From NCBI GenBank assembly GCA_963665235.2, contig CAXXLX010000002.1, positions 512,001 through 576,000 of the forward strand: a DNA stretch of 64,000 nucleotides, given 5' to 3'. Below the pieces are notes generated by a model. The model had not been told where the DNA came from, ran no database searches, and saw only the letters and a list, made by a program, of their open reading frames with translations. Made by a program: the position numbers and the translations under genes. The DNA comes from Candidatus Poribacteria bacterium (lineage in GTDB: Bacteria; Poribacteria; WGA-4E; WGA-3G). Of this stretch, positions 28,141-38,143 are shown piece by piece. Positions within the stretch are counted from its first letter, which is position 1. The number at the start of each line of letters is the position of its first letter.

Positions 28141-28959
28141 ATGAAAGTCGGATTGATATTTCTATTGTGTGGCACTATCGGTCTTACAACCGGCCTCATA
28201 TCGCAAACACACAACGCCACGAAGACCGAAACGGTGCACGCTACTATGGTCCTGATTCCGGCAGGTGAGTTTCAGATGGGAAGTGCTCGCGGAGAACGTG
28301 ATGAAAAACCTGTTCATACTGTCTATCTCGATGCGTTCTATATGGATATACATGAGGTAACCGTCGGTGAATACAAGCGGTTTATTCAAGCTACCAGCCA
28401 CCGGGCGTTACCCGCTTCAGTCGCTCGGTGTGCTCCGACCGACAAGCACCCCGTGGTCGGGGTGAGTTGGCACGATGCAATGGCGTACGCGCAGTGGGCA
28501 GGCAAACGGCTGCCAACGGAAGCGGAGTGGGAAAAAGCAGCACGCGGCGGCTTAAATGAACAGAAATATCCGTGGGGAAATGTCATCGATGCCAGTAAAG
28601 CAAACTACGACAAGAACACAAAATCCGGCACCCATGACGAGCATACAACACCTGTGGGCAAATATCCTGCGAACGGATACGGTTTGTACGACATGTCAGG
28701 GAACGTCGCGGAGTGGTGTCTTGATGCGTATCAGAAGAAGTTTTACGCCAATTCGCCGCGGCGTAATCCTGTGGCGGGGGCAGCACATATTCAGCAGGTC
28801 ATCGATAATTTCACAAATACTCAGGAACGGCGGGTCGTGCGCGGCGGGTCGTGGAGTTTCAACGCGAAAAGCGTCCGCGTCGCAAATCGCCTCGGCGAGA
28901 AGCCTTCGCTAGTGAGCAGTGATGTCGGTTTCCGCTGCGTCAAGGATATAGTGCCTTAG
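28141..28959 (+). CDS. Secreted FGE-sulfatase (SUMF1) domain protein
   Basis: F-MGS, EVT, RLPTEAEWEKAARGG, GLYDMSGNVAEW, RGGSW, GFRC. Confidence 0.9.
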   Translation: MKVGLIFLLCGTIGLTTGLISQTHNATKTETVHATMVLIPAGEFQMGSARGERDEKPVHTVYLDAFYMDIHEVTVGEYKRFIQATSHRALPASVARCAPTDKHPVVGVSWHDAMAYAQWAGKRLPTEAEWEKAARGGLNEQKYPWGNVIDASKANYDKNTKSGTHDEHTTPVGKYPANGYGLYDMSGNVAEWCLDAYQKKFYANSPRRNPVAGAAHIQQVIDNFTNTQERRVVRGGSWSFNAKSVRVANRLGEKPSLVSSDVGFRCVKDIVP

Positions 28960-28961
28960 TC

Positions 28962-30164
28962 TTGACAGGCGAGGAAACCTCGCCCCTACAAAGGATTCAG
29001 AAAGCATTGATTAACTTAAAACACCTTATACGTCTTGGATGCTATTATAGCAAAATCCGTAATTATCTATGTCCTGCCGTAGGTGCGATTTCAAACCGTA
29101 CCGCTAAGGCAGTATTCCTTGTACTCATTGCAGGCTTTTATTTGATTTGTTTGTCGGTGCACGCGGAGAACTACGCCGGGGATTTCTTGACGAACGGTGT
29201 AGGCGGACGCGCCCTCGGATTAGGCGGTGCGTATGTTAGCATCGCAGACGATGCCACCGCCACCTATTGGAACCCAGCAGGTATTGCAGGCGTTTCCAAC
29301 GATTATCAACTCTGTTTGATGCATGCTGCGCGTCGCTCCGGCCTAGGCGCGTTCAACTATATCAGTGCTACAGGACAACTCCTGCCGAAACTCACCGTGG
29401 GACTATCGTGGATACGCGCAGGTATTGACGATATTCCTATCTATGAAGAGATACCCGCCTTCGATCCGACGATTAGCGCGGAGCAACGCAAACATAATGC
29501 TAAATATAGACCGACAGCACAAGACTTTAACCCCGCCGGTTATCTCAGCGATAGTGAAAACGCATACTTTTTGACACTCGCGACGCACCTAAAGGTCAGT
29601 CAGGCTTGGTGGGATAACTTCGGGAGAGATTCTAAATCACCGGAATTTCTATTCGGGGTCAATGCGAAATGGCTCTTACAACGACTGCGGGACGATACCG
29701 ATTCTCAAACCTACGACCGCGGAAGTAGTGGATACGGGTTTGACGCGGGTATGCTGATTCGGCTGCCTGACCTGAACGCGCTTTTCGGCTTAGACCATGT
29801 TGGCAGCTTCGCACTCGGTCTAAATCTCCAGGACATTTCAAATACGACCTTGACCTGGAACACCGAGTCCGCTGTCAAAGAATCAATTCCAGCGAATTTC
29901 AACCTGGGCATCGCATATACCAATCCCAACATCTTTAACCGCGAATTGATTCTCTCGTATCAGTGGCAGCAACGGTATGGCGGACAAACACACCTCGGTA
30001 TAGAGTATCGTATTACCCCCCCGTTGGCGTTACGCGTGGGGTATCGAGATAGCCGGTTTACAAGTGGTATCGGTATCCAGCTAAAACAGTTTCGCCTCGA
30101 TTACGCGCTCCTCATAGGCGAACTACTGAGCACACATTTTTTGAGCCTGTTATGGGCTTTCTAA
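28962..30164 (+). CDS. PorV/PorQ-like (UPF0164) outer-membrane beta-barrel protein; start uncertain
   Basis: FL..GVGGRALGLGGAY....DDATA-YWNPAG; amphipathic strands; C-terminal Phe. Confidence 0.75.
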   Translation: MTGEETSPLQRIQKALINLKHLIRLGCYYSKIRNYLCPAVGAISNRTAKAVFLVLIAGFYLICLSVHAENYAGDFLTNGVGGRALGLGGAYVSIADDATATYWNPAGIAGVSNDYQLCLMHAARRSGLGAFNYISATGQLLPKLTVGLSWIRAGIDDIPIYEEIPAFDPTISAEQRKHNAKYRPTAQDFNPAGYLSDSENAYFLTLATHLKVSQAWWDNFGRDSKSPEFLFGVNAKWLLQRLRDDTDSQTYDRGSSGYGFDAGMLIRLPDLNALFGLDHVGSFALGLNLQDISNTTLTWNTESAVKESIPANFNLGIAYTNPNIFNRELILSYQWQQRYGGQTHLGIEYRITPPLALRVGYRDSRFTSGIGIQLKQFRLDYALLIGELLSTHFLSLLWAF

Positions 30165-30182
30165 GTCGATAGTAATTGACAC

Positions 30183-31409
30183 CTATGGGGTTTTTGACAG
30201 ATCAGGTTGTTTACGGAGGAAAATCAGAAGCGGTGCAATCAATAACGGCAGCATCACCAATCCATCTAACGCAATGGCTAAGCCGTACTGATCTGCCAAA
30301 GCTCCCACTATTAGAGTGAGGAGACCGCCGACACCCCACGCCGCGCCCATCATAAAACTGGAGGCGATGTTCTCATGTCCCCGTAAAATCATCTGTGCTA
30401 AGATAATGTTAATTGTCACTGAACTAGAGAGGACCATGTTCCCTAAAAAGAGAAACACGAGAAAAACGATGCCCTGTGTGTGAAGTGCTGCATAGAGTAG
30501 CGGGGGGGACACAACCAGCGAAAACAGCAATAGCCGATATGTGTTCACCCGAGTTAAAACCCAACCGCTCCCCATAATACCTATTGACCCCGCAAAAATA
30601 AATAGCGCGATAACTAAGGAACGCGCCAGATCTGAATAGTTCTGTTCCTTCAGATAGAGTGACAGGAAGTTTTCGAACCCGACTGCCGTGACAGTTCGGA
30701 AAGACGCAATCACAAAAAGCACAATCAGGGGTAGCAGGTGCGGTCTAGCCACATGCCAAAAAGAGTCTCGCGGTGTTTTTTCACCGTCCGATAGGACACG
30801 CGCGGAGGCGGTCAGGTCAAGTTCATGCTCAAATTTCAGCACAATTGGCACCAACGCAGCGACAAGCAGCCCCGGTAGCATCTCCCACAGCAGGTGTCCG
30901 TATCCGAAGCGGTACGGAATGACCAGAAGTGCAAGGGGCCCTAGGGCACGACCGATATTGCCACCTGTAAGAAAGATAGAAATTCCCATCCCTCTCGTTT
31001 CAGCGGCAAGCGCGCCAGCATAGGTTGTCGCCTGTGGGTGAAAGGCGGCAATCCCGATTCCACCGACAGCTAATAATAGAAAAACTATTGGGATTGAAGG
31101 GGATAGGATTACAAGGCTTAAGCCGATTACGGTGAAAGCAACCCCAAGCGTTAGAAAATGCACCGTCCGAACCCGATCGGATAGCCAACCGAAGAATATC
31201 TGACCGAGCGAACTGAAGATGCTATAGAGTGAGATAAGAACTCCGGCAAAACTGTTCTGGACCCCAATTGCAGCAAACCTTTTCACTAATATGGGTTGTA
31301 GATGTGGAAAAAGCGTCGCGTAGGAGTCAAGGACAGTATGCGCGAACGTGAGAAAAATGAACTGGTTGCGTTTCGATGCGGTTGCGGATTTTGGCGCGTT
31401 TTTTTTCAT
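30183..31409 (-). CDS. MFS transporter (Fsr-like)
   Basis: ~12 TM; GWLSDR motif A; G-AAFHP; F-TGGNIG-ALGP. Confidence 0.88.
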   Translation of the reverse strand: MKKNAPKSATASKRNQFIFLTFAHTVLDSYATLFPHLQPILVKRFAAIGVQNSFAGVLISLYSIFSSLGQIFFGWLSDRVRTVHFLTLGVAFTVIGLSLVILSPSIPIVFLLLAVGGIGIAAFHPQATTYAGALAAETRGMGISIFLTGGNIGRALGPLALLVIPYRFGYGHLLWEMLPGLLVAALVPIVLKFEHELDLTASARVLSDGEKTPRDSFWHVARPHLLPLIVLFVIASFRTVTAVGFENFLSLYLKEQNYSDLARSLVIALFIFAGSIGIMGSGWVLTRVNTYRLLLFSLVVSPPLLYAALHTQGIVFLVFLFLGNMVLSSSVTINIILAQMILRGHENIASSFMMGAAWGVGGLLTLIVGALADQYGLAIALDGLVMLPLLIAPLLIFLRKQPDLSKTP

Positions 31410-31484
31410 TAGAGAGCTGGAAGTGTGCTTTCCCCAGCATGACCTTCTTTGTTCTTAGATTTAGCATCTATTTTAGCACAATTT

Positions 31485-33206
31485 CTATTTTCGGGCATCC
31501 TCTTTTTTCAATTTCCTTCTCCCACGCCAATATAGGAACTGCCGATAATAATACCGCGAATTTTTCGGAATGTTCTCAAACTCCGGCACAAAGGGACACC
31601 GTCCTCCAAGGACGACCAGCTTCGCTTTTGCCCGCGTCAATGCCACATAGAAAACGCGTCGCTCCTCTGTGAGTTTGCTATCGTGCCGGGGAAATTGCCG
31701 CTCCAACGTATTGTGAATGAGGATAACCTTCTCCCATTCGCGTCCCTTCGCTTTGTGAATTGTTGACACCTCCGCATGTTCTGTTTTTATAGCAGCGGAG
31801 AGCATTTTTTCAACCTGCTCAACTTCATAGTTCGTTCTGACGAGGATTGCGGTCTCCTCCGGTAAGGTGATTTCGTGTAAGAGGCGCGCTTTTACGGTAT
31901 CAGGTGTCGTCTCCACAACACGTATCTCGGATTTGATAGGGTTATGTGCCTGTAGATTTTTCCGAATGCGGGGGGTGTTCCGTTCGATTAAGGCTCTGGC
32001 ATGCTCCACTATGGTCGATATAGAACGGTAATTGCGCGTAATTTCGTATTTTTTGACATCCGCCCGGCGAGCAAATTCGAGCATAATTCGGGAGTCTCCG
32101 CCGCGAAATCCGTAAATTGCTTGATCATCGTCTCCGACAGCGAACAGATTTTCTGATAGGAGGGCAATCAACCGAAAGTCGGTCGGGGCAATGTCTTGGA
32201 ATTCGTCTACAAGCACGTACGGATATTTGTCACAGTAGGTTTGGCGGATGTCGGGATGTTTCTCGAATAGGTTTGCGGAATAGATGAGCATATCCTCAAA
32301 ATCGATGGCGTTTGCTGCTGTCTTGGCAGCTTCATATTCTTGAGCGAATGCTCGTGCGACGGGGTCTTTAAGGGAGGTCGGCTCGAACAGCCCGGTTTTA
32401 ACTTGTCGTTTCGCATGCATGATTGTCTCTTTCAGGTCATCGAAGCGTCCCCGAAGGTTTTCAAAGTCGGGGTCTCTATCGAGATGATCCTGATATGGGA
32501 CGCTGAAGTGTTTGCAGAACATCTCAAGCATGAGTTGATTGCTGTACTGTGCGCGTAGTGGGTCGGCACGGTTATAAACCTGCACGCTCTCTTTGTAGTG
32601 CTTAATCCAATATGCTTCTTGCCGATTCGCGTCTCGTCCATCAACCTGTTCCAACACCGCAAAACTGAACTGTGCGGCACCTTCCACACGGATGGCTTGA
32701 CGGAGGCGGTCGTTTGATGAGTGGTCGAAGTGTTCATGTCGCCGTCGCTCCGGATTTGTGGACTGCCCAATATAGCATGCCCCTGTCTCTTTGTTCTCAA
32801 TCTTATAAATAGCGACCGGTGCAGCAGCGGCTGCACGTTCAATCTGTCTCTGTTCCTCCTTGATGATTTTATCGAGGTCTCCGGACCAGATTTCGGGCTG
32901 TTTGTTAAATCCTGCATCTTGATAGTTTTTGGTGATAATATCTTTACCGAAGGCGTGGAGGGTCCGAATGACAGGCAACCCAGTTTTTGGCGGTAGTGCC
33001 TGTCTAATCCGAGTTTCCATCTCTTCAACCGCTTTTCTATTGAAAGCGATAGCAAGGATGTGGGATGGCGGCACGTTATGCTCTTGGATGAGGTTCAGAA
33101 TTCGCGCTGTTATGACCGCGGTTTTGCCGCTGCCGGGACCTGCGACGACAATTGCACGCCCGGTGAGATGGTTAACCGCTTTTTTCTGTTTTTTATCAAG
33201 TTTCAT
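31485..33206 (-). CDS. UvrD-like SF1 helicase with internal GIY-YIG nuclease domain
   Basis: AGPGSGKT, TLHAF, VDEFQD, VGDDDQAIYGFRG, NYRS, STIHKAKGREW, EERRVFYVALTRAK; insert AIYKIEN...CYIGQS..ERRR..H. Confidence 0.88.
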   Translation of the reverse strand: MKLDKKQKKAVNHLTGRAIVVAGPGSGKTAVITARILNLIQEHNVPPSHILAIAFNRKAVEEMETRIRQALPPKTGLPVIRTLHAFGKDIITKNYQDAGFNKQPEIWSGDLDKIIKEEQRQIERAAAAAPVAIYKIENKETGACYIGQSTNPERRRHEHFDHSSNDRLRQAIRVEGAAQFSFAVLEQVDGRDANRQEAYWIKHYKESVQVYNRADPLRAQYSNQLMLEMFCKHFSVPYQDHLDRDPDFENLRGRFDDLKETIMHAKRQVKTGLFEPTSLKDPVARAFAQEYEAAKTAANAIDFEDMLIYSANLFEKHPDIRQTYCDKYPYVLVDEFQDIAPTDFRLIALLSENLFAVGDDDQAIYGFRGGDSRIMLEFARRADVKKYEITRNYRSISTIVEHARALIERNTPRIRKNLQAHNPIKSEIRVVETTPDTVKARLLHEITLPEETAILVRTNYEVEQVEKMLSAAIKTEHAEVSTIHKAKGREWEKVILIHNTLERQFPRHDSKLTEERRVFYVALTRAKAKLVVLGGRCPFVPEFENIPKNSRYYYRQFLYWRGRRKLKKEDARK

Positions 33207-33221
33207 GTTTTTTGTAGGTTA

Positions 33222-33494
33222 ACGCGAGTTTGAAAAAAAAGTTTTGACCTAGAGCGTCCTGTGGTAGTTTTAGCAAAAAACAGCACAAACTAGGAAGTTT
33301 ATGCTACAATTATTCCGCTTTTTTCGCGATGAAATAGGTTAACGCGAGTTTGAAAAAAAAGTTTTGACCTAGAGCGTTCTGTGGTAGTTTTAGCAAAAAA
33401 CAGCACAAGCTAGGAAGTTTATGCTACAATTATTCCGCTTTTTTCGCGATGAAAAAGGTTTAGAGAAAACGGATATTTATTATCAAGCTCACGT
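33222..33494. mobile_element. MITE with ACG(C/T)GAG(T/C)TTGA ends and 7-bp TSD; internal 120-bp tandem duplication; two GTAGCATAAAC REPs
   Basis: TAGGTTA at 33215-33221 and 33495-33501; 33215-33334 repeated at 33335-33454 with 2 mismatches. Confidence 0.82.
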
Positions 33495-33586
33495 TAGGTT
33501 AGTCTCTGTGTGCTCTGTGCCTTCCGCGATTCAGACAAGCAGTGCGTTTATTAAAACAATCGCACACCCCTTTAACATGAGCCACA

Positions 33587-34522
33587 TTATTTGTCCTTCA
33601 CAATTAAAAGTTCGTGGGATTGCTTGACGTGTCCTGTTTCATTCTCAATCCTATTTTTTCCTATCCGAGTCTCACCCTGACCTAATGTGTACTGCCACCG
33701 CACTTCAAGGATTTTAAATTCCGCATACCATTCCCGAATTGTCGCGCAGTCATTATAGGAAAGCACAAAACCACCTATATGATTGTGAAGGAGGTCGCGG
33801 AGTCCTTCGTGATTGAATCCATTATGGTGGACAGGAAAGTTGCGCTGCGGATAAATCCCCCGGAACATTTTCCCATCGTCAAGGTAGTAGGGTGGGTCGC
33901 AATAAAGAAATTCGTCTTTATGGCAGGGAATTGTTTCCTCAAAACTACCTACTTTGACAGAGAGAGATGGACAAGTGAAGTGACGAACTTTGTCAACGGC
34001 ACGCACATATCTATCGGGTGACTCGTAGATTTTGGACATCCAGCCGAGGAACCCCGGACCGTAAGAGAGGTTATGATTAAACCAATAATGTGCAGCCAGT
34101 TCTAACGGGTCTGAGATAAGGGATTCTTCTGTCCAGTGTTTCTTGAGGCGGCTTTTAATCTCTGCATATTTTTCTTTTGTCGGCTGCCACTGGTCAAGTG
34201 TCTCTGCAAGTTCTTTTCCAGCGGAAATTTGCACTTGCCAATAATTGGCGAGAATATCAAAAATGTCGTAGCCGCGCACCTGTATATCAAGTTCCTTAGC
34301 ACAAGCTATTTCAACAGAACCCCCGCCTATAAAGGGAGACATGAGTCTATCAACAGCATCGGGAATATGCTCAATAATATGTCCGACACCGAGACTTTTC
34401 CCGCCAGCATAACGCAAAGGGAGTCCATTATAACGTGTGTATTTAAACTTACCCTTGCTTTTTAGGTTTGCTAAAAAATGTTCTTTTAGTGGGATTTCTG
34501 GAAATAGCAACTGTTGATTCAT
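33587..34522 (-). CDS. DNA adenine methyltransferase, Dam-like (D12 class); ORF could extend to TTG 34576
   Basis: LRYAGGKS, PFIGGGSV, YCDPPYY, LSYND, ELLI. Confidence 0.9.
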   Translation of the reverse strand: MNQQLLFPEIPLKEHFLANLKSKGKFKYTRYNGLPLRYAGGKSLGVGHIIEHIPDAVDRLMSPFIGGGSVEIACAKELDIQVRGYDIFDILANYWQVQISAGKELAETLDQWQPTKEKYAEIKSRLKKHWTEESLISDPLELAAHYWFNHNLSYGPGFLGWMSKIYESPDRYVRAVDKVRHFTCPSLSVKVGSFEETIPCHKDEFLYCDPPYYLDDGKMFRGIYPQRNFPVHHNGFNHEGLRDLLHNHIGGFVLSYNDCATIREWYAEFKILEVRWQYTLGQGETRIGKNRIENETGHVKQSHELLIVKDK

Positions 34523-34572
34523 TTTTCTTTTTTGTCTGAATTGCGGATTCAACATTGACATAAACAATCTGC

Positions 34573-35838
34573 TCAATCTCCGTTTAACAGCGCTGCGATG
34601 TTTTCCGGCACCTTCACGCCGTGCTTCGCCTCAAAGTCCGCAACGCTTTCGTAGTCGTTATGGAAGGAAGCGGCGATGTCAAATCCCATATTTTGGGCGA
34701 TAGTGAGATCCGCTCTGGCCTTCTCCCATTCTTGCTGGTGCAACCACACCTCACCGCGATTGCAATATGCATCGGCATCCGCAGGGTTCAAATCCACGGC
34801 TTTGCTAAAGTCTTCTATCGCTGCGTCAAAATCACCTTTTCTGTTGTAAGCAAGACCCCGCCTCTGATAAGTATCGGTATCCTCGGGCTCCAAGTCTATA
34901 GCTTTGTTGAAGTCTTCTATCGCTGCGTCAAAATCGCCTTTTCGACCATAAGCAACACCGCGATTGGTATAGGCAACGGGATCCGCAGGGTTCAAGGCTA
35001 TCGCAGTGCTACAGTCTCGGATCGCTGCGTCAAAATCGCCTTTTTGGAAGTAAGCAACACCCCGACTGTAATAGACTTCAGCAGGCATGGGTTTCAAGTC
35101 TATGGCTTTGTTGAAGTCCTGGATAGCAGCATCAAAATCGCCTTTTCGGCCATAAGCATCGCCACGATTGCAATATGCTTCAGCATAGTCAGGGTTTAAC
35201 TCTATCGCTTTGCCGAGGTCTCGGATCGCTGCGTCAAAATCGCTTTTTTCCTTGTAAGCAGCACCCCGATTGTAATAGACTTCGGCAGGCATGGGTTTCA
35301 AGTCCATGGCTTTGCTATAGTCTTGGATAGCCCTGTCAATCTCGCCTTTGCTGAAGTAAGCAAGACCCCGATTGCAATATGCTTCAGCATAGTCAGAGTT
35401 CAAGTTGATAGCAGTGCTGAAGTCTAAGATTGCCAAGTCAAAATCGCCTTTTTGACCGTAAACAATACCTCGATTGTTATAGACTTTGGCATCCTGAGGG
35501 TTCAAGACTATAACGTTGCTGAAGTCTAGGATTGCCAAGTCAAAATCGCCTTTCTCAACGTAAGCAACGCCACGATAGGTATAGGCAGTGGCAAACTCAG
35601 GGTTCAGTTCAATGACTTTGCTATAGTCTCGGATTGCCCTGTCAATCTCGCCTTTTGCAGCATAAGCAACACCCCGATTGGTATAGGCAACAACATAGTC
35701 AGGTTTCAATGCTATGGCTTTGGTATAGTCTTGGATGGCACTATCAAAATTGCCTTTTTTGTGGTAAGCAATCCCCCACTTGTAATAAACTTCGGCTTCG
35801 GTATAGTCTTGGATAGCTGTGTCAAATGGTCTGTTCAT
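34573..35838 (-). CDS. Tetratricopeptide repeat protein with conserved C-terminal cap
   Basis: About eleven 34-aa AY-NRG-AY--KGDFD-AI-D--KAI-L-P repeats; AAGGAG SD. Confidence 0.93.
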   Translation of the reverse strand: MNRPFDTAIQDYTEAEVYYKWGIAYHKKGNFDSAIQDYTKAIALKPDYVVAYTNRGVAYAAKGEIDRAIRDYSKVIELNPEFATAYTYRGVAYVEKGDFDLAILDFSNVIVLNPQDAKVYNNRGIVYGQKGDFDLAILDFSTAINLNSDYAEAYCNRGLAYFSKGEIDRAIQDYSKAMDLKPMPAEVYYNRGAAYKEKSDFDAAIRDLGKAIELNPDYAEAYCNRGDAYGRKGDFDAAIQDFNKAIDLKPMPAEVYYSRGVAYFQKGDFDAAIRDCSTAIALNPADPVAYTNRGVAYGRKGDFDAAIEDFNKAIDLEPEDTDTYQRRGLAYNRKGDFDAAIEDFSKAVDLNPADADAYCNRGEVWLHQQEWEKARADLTIAQNMGFDIAASFHNDYESVADFEAKHGVKVPENIAALLNGD

Positions 35839-35853
35839 AGGTTTTTCTCCTTT

Positions 35854-36518
35854 TCAATATCTGCGTAACAGTGCTGCGATGTCTTCCGGCACCTGCACGC
35901 CATGCTGCACCTCAAAGTCCGCAACGCTTTCGTAGAAGTTATGGAAGGCAGCGACGATGTTAATCCCCATATTTTTGGCGGTAGTGAGATCCACTCTGGC
36001 TTTCTCCCATTCCTGTAGATGTAGCCACGCTTTGCCGCGGTGGTTATAAGGATTGGCAAGTTCAGGGTTCAAGTCAATGGCTCTACTGAGGTCTCGGATG
36101 GCTTTGTCAAAATCACCTTTAGCAACGTAAGCAAAACCCCGATTGTTATAAGTAGCGGCACCCGAAGGGTTTAGGGTTATGGCTTTGTTATAGTCTTGAA
36201 TCCCCGCATCAAAATCACCTTTATCAACGTAAGCAGCACCCCGATTGTGATAAGTAGCGACATCCTCGGGGTTCAACTCTATGGCTTTACTAAAGTCTTC
36301 TATAGCCGCATCAAAATTGCCTTTATCACCGTAAGCAGCACCCCGATTGGTATAGGCAAATGTTATGACTTTGGTATAGTCTTGGATGGCCATATCAAAC
36401 TCGCCTTTTTGGTGGGCCTTTATCACCGTAAGCAAGCCATATCAAACTCGCCTTTTTGGTGGGAAGCCATGCCCCGATCGTTATAGTCTTGGATGGCTGC
36501 GTCAAATGGTCTGTTCAT
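35854..36518 (-). pseudogene. TPR paralog frameshifted by a 47-bp duplication/insertion
   Basis: Same leader and MNRPFD-AIQDY start as neighbour; stop after 31 codons; TPR frame resumes at 36435. Confidence 0.8.
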
Positions 36519-36720
36519 AGGTTTTTCTCCTTAAAATATTTCTGAATCTCGGATTACACGGATGACGCGAATTATGGGGTTGTTGTTTAAAATCCACATT
36601 TTTCTGCTTTTTTGCTGCTAGCCCGCCTAGTACGTAGACAGTCTTTACCGTACGGCACTGGCATCCGTTGCCAGCAGTCGCGCTTAATCAACTCGCCAAT
36701 TTTTTTATACTCATAATATA

Positions 36721-36872
36721 ACCTAAGTTGCCACATAGTAGCATAATCTTCCAGATTGTGCATATTTGTGTGCGAATTGGAAGTGAACGGGACAAATATT
36801 AGCTAATTCTCAGCATATTTTCATTAAAGACGGTGTTTCCAGGTCTAAAAACTTATAAGTAGCAACTTGGGT
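36721..36872. mobile_element. MITE with ACC(T/C)AAGTTGC ends and 7-bp TSD carrying a GTAG REP
   Basis: TAATATA at 36714-36720 and 36873-36879; GTAGCATAATCTTCCAGATTGTGC inside. Confidence 0.82.
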
Positions 36873-37026
36873 TAATATAACACATATTTTGCCACTTGTC
36901 AAGTGAAAATTAAGTCGTTTTTGGGTTTAGAAAAAGTTTGTAGAGACGTTCTGAAAAACCCGCGTATTTGTCCTCACACCCTCCTATAAATGAAACCCCC
37001 CACCTACCTACATCGTTATTAATAAT

Positions 37027-37660
37027 AGGACTTACGCATTCCCCTCCGCTCCTCTACTAGCGGGATATCAGTATTAGTCCCAGTATTCGGGCAAACGGTT
37101 TCCCGCTCTTTAAGGACGATATATTTATAGAAACACAAAACGCCCACCCCCTCTTAGTCCCAGTATTCGGGCAAGCAGCCCGCTCTTCAAGGACGATATC
37201 TTTATAGAATGAAAAAAATGTTGTGGATTATTACCATTTATTGCCCGTCGCAGCCCTGATTCTAGTAGAAAAACGCATCGCGCATCACAACCCTATACAC
37301 GTGAGCTTGATAATAAATATCCGTTTTCTATAAACATTTTTGAGGTTCTCCGAAAAAAGCGGAATGAGTGGAGCAGAAACTGCTGCTTCTATAAAGATAT
37401 CGTCCCTACGGGACTAAGAGTTGGGGCGGAAACGGTTTTCTATAAATATATCGTCCCTACAGGACTAAGAGGCGGGCAGAAACCGAGATGCCTATAAGGA
37501 TATCGTCCCTAAGAAGCCGACTTATCGCCCAGTATTCGGGCAAGCAGCCCGCTCCTAATGGCGATTCATCGCCCGTCGTGAAGGGGCGGGCAATAAATTG
37601 CCCTACTACGGATGGGGCTCTGATGGGCGATGCATGGTTTCCATCCTAAGAACATCGCTC
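37027..37660. repeat. Mosaic of REP-B hairpins (some interrupted), GTAG REPs and solitary MITE ends
   Basis: REP-B at 37075-37130, 37155-37209, 37388-37416, 37439-37467; ACGTGAGCTTGATAATAAATATCCG at 37299; AGGACTTACGCA at 37027. Confidence 0.7.
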
Positions 37661-37708
37661 TATATACAAAAGCTGCATAACCTTTTTTCCATAAAGCAGT
37701 GCCAAGGA

Positions 37709-38143
37709 TTATTTCGGCATGCGCCGCACCCATAACAGCAGCGCAGCATTCATCGCCCCTACGAAACCGAAAACGTAGGACTGAATTCCGGTCAACGTTT
37801 CGGTTGACTCAATAAAGACGACCCCAGCGATTGGTAAACCGAGCGTGAGAAAAGTGTAGAAGGTCAAACTTTTCGCACCCTTTGCCTGCCAAAAGGTTAT
37901 CTCCCGCCTTAAAACCCGCAGGTAGGAGTGTGCCCAGAGCCGAGATGTCCACTTCCCTTGCATAAAACCGAGCACAATACCGAGGGCATAGCCGAAGGTT
38001 GTCCAGCGCAAATCGATGTACGGGTCATGAGAGATAGTGGCCACCCAAAGCACTTGCCCTAGCAGTGACACCACTATGAACGCCCAAAACACGGGGATTT
38101 TCATATAGAAGGGGAGCAATCGACGCGATAATTTATCCATCAT
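37709..38143 (-). CDS. Hypothetical four-TM membrane protein
   Basis: ATGA overlap with purQ stop; four hydrophobic segments. Confidence 0.75.
   Translation of the reverse strand: MMDKLSRRLLPFYMKIPVFWAFIVVSLLGQVLWVATISHDPYIDLRWTTFGYALGIVLGFMQGKWTSRLWAHSYLRVLRREITFWQAKGAKSLTFYTFLTLGLPIAGVVFIESTETLTGIQSYVFGFVGAMNAALLLWVRRMPK

Noticed and set aside
28141-28959. FGE/CLec protein as DGR target
   Set aside because: No template repeat of its 3' end and no RT seen
32540-32830. Intein or intron in the helicase
   Set aside because: No Cys/Ser...His-Asn splice signature or intron boundary; reads as an in-frame domain insertion
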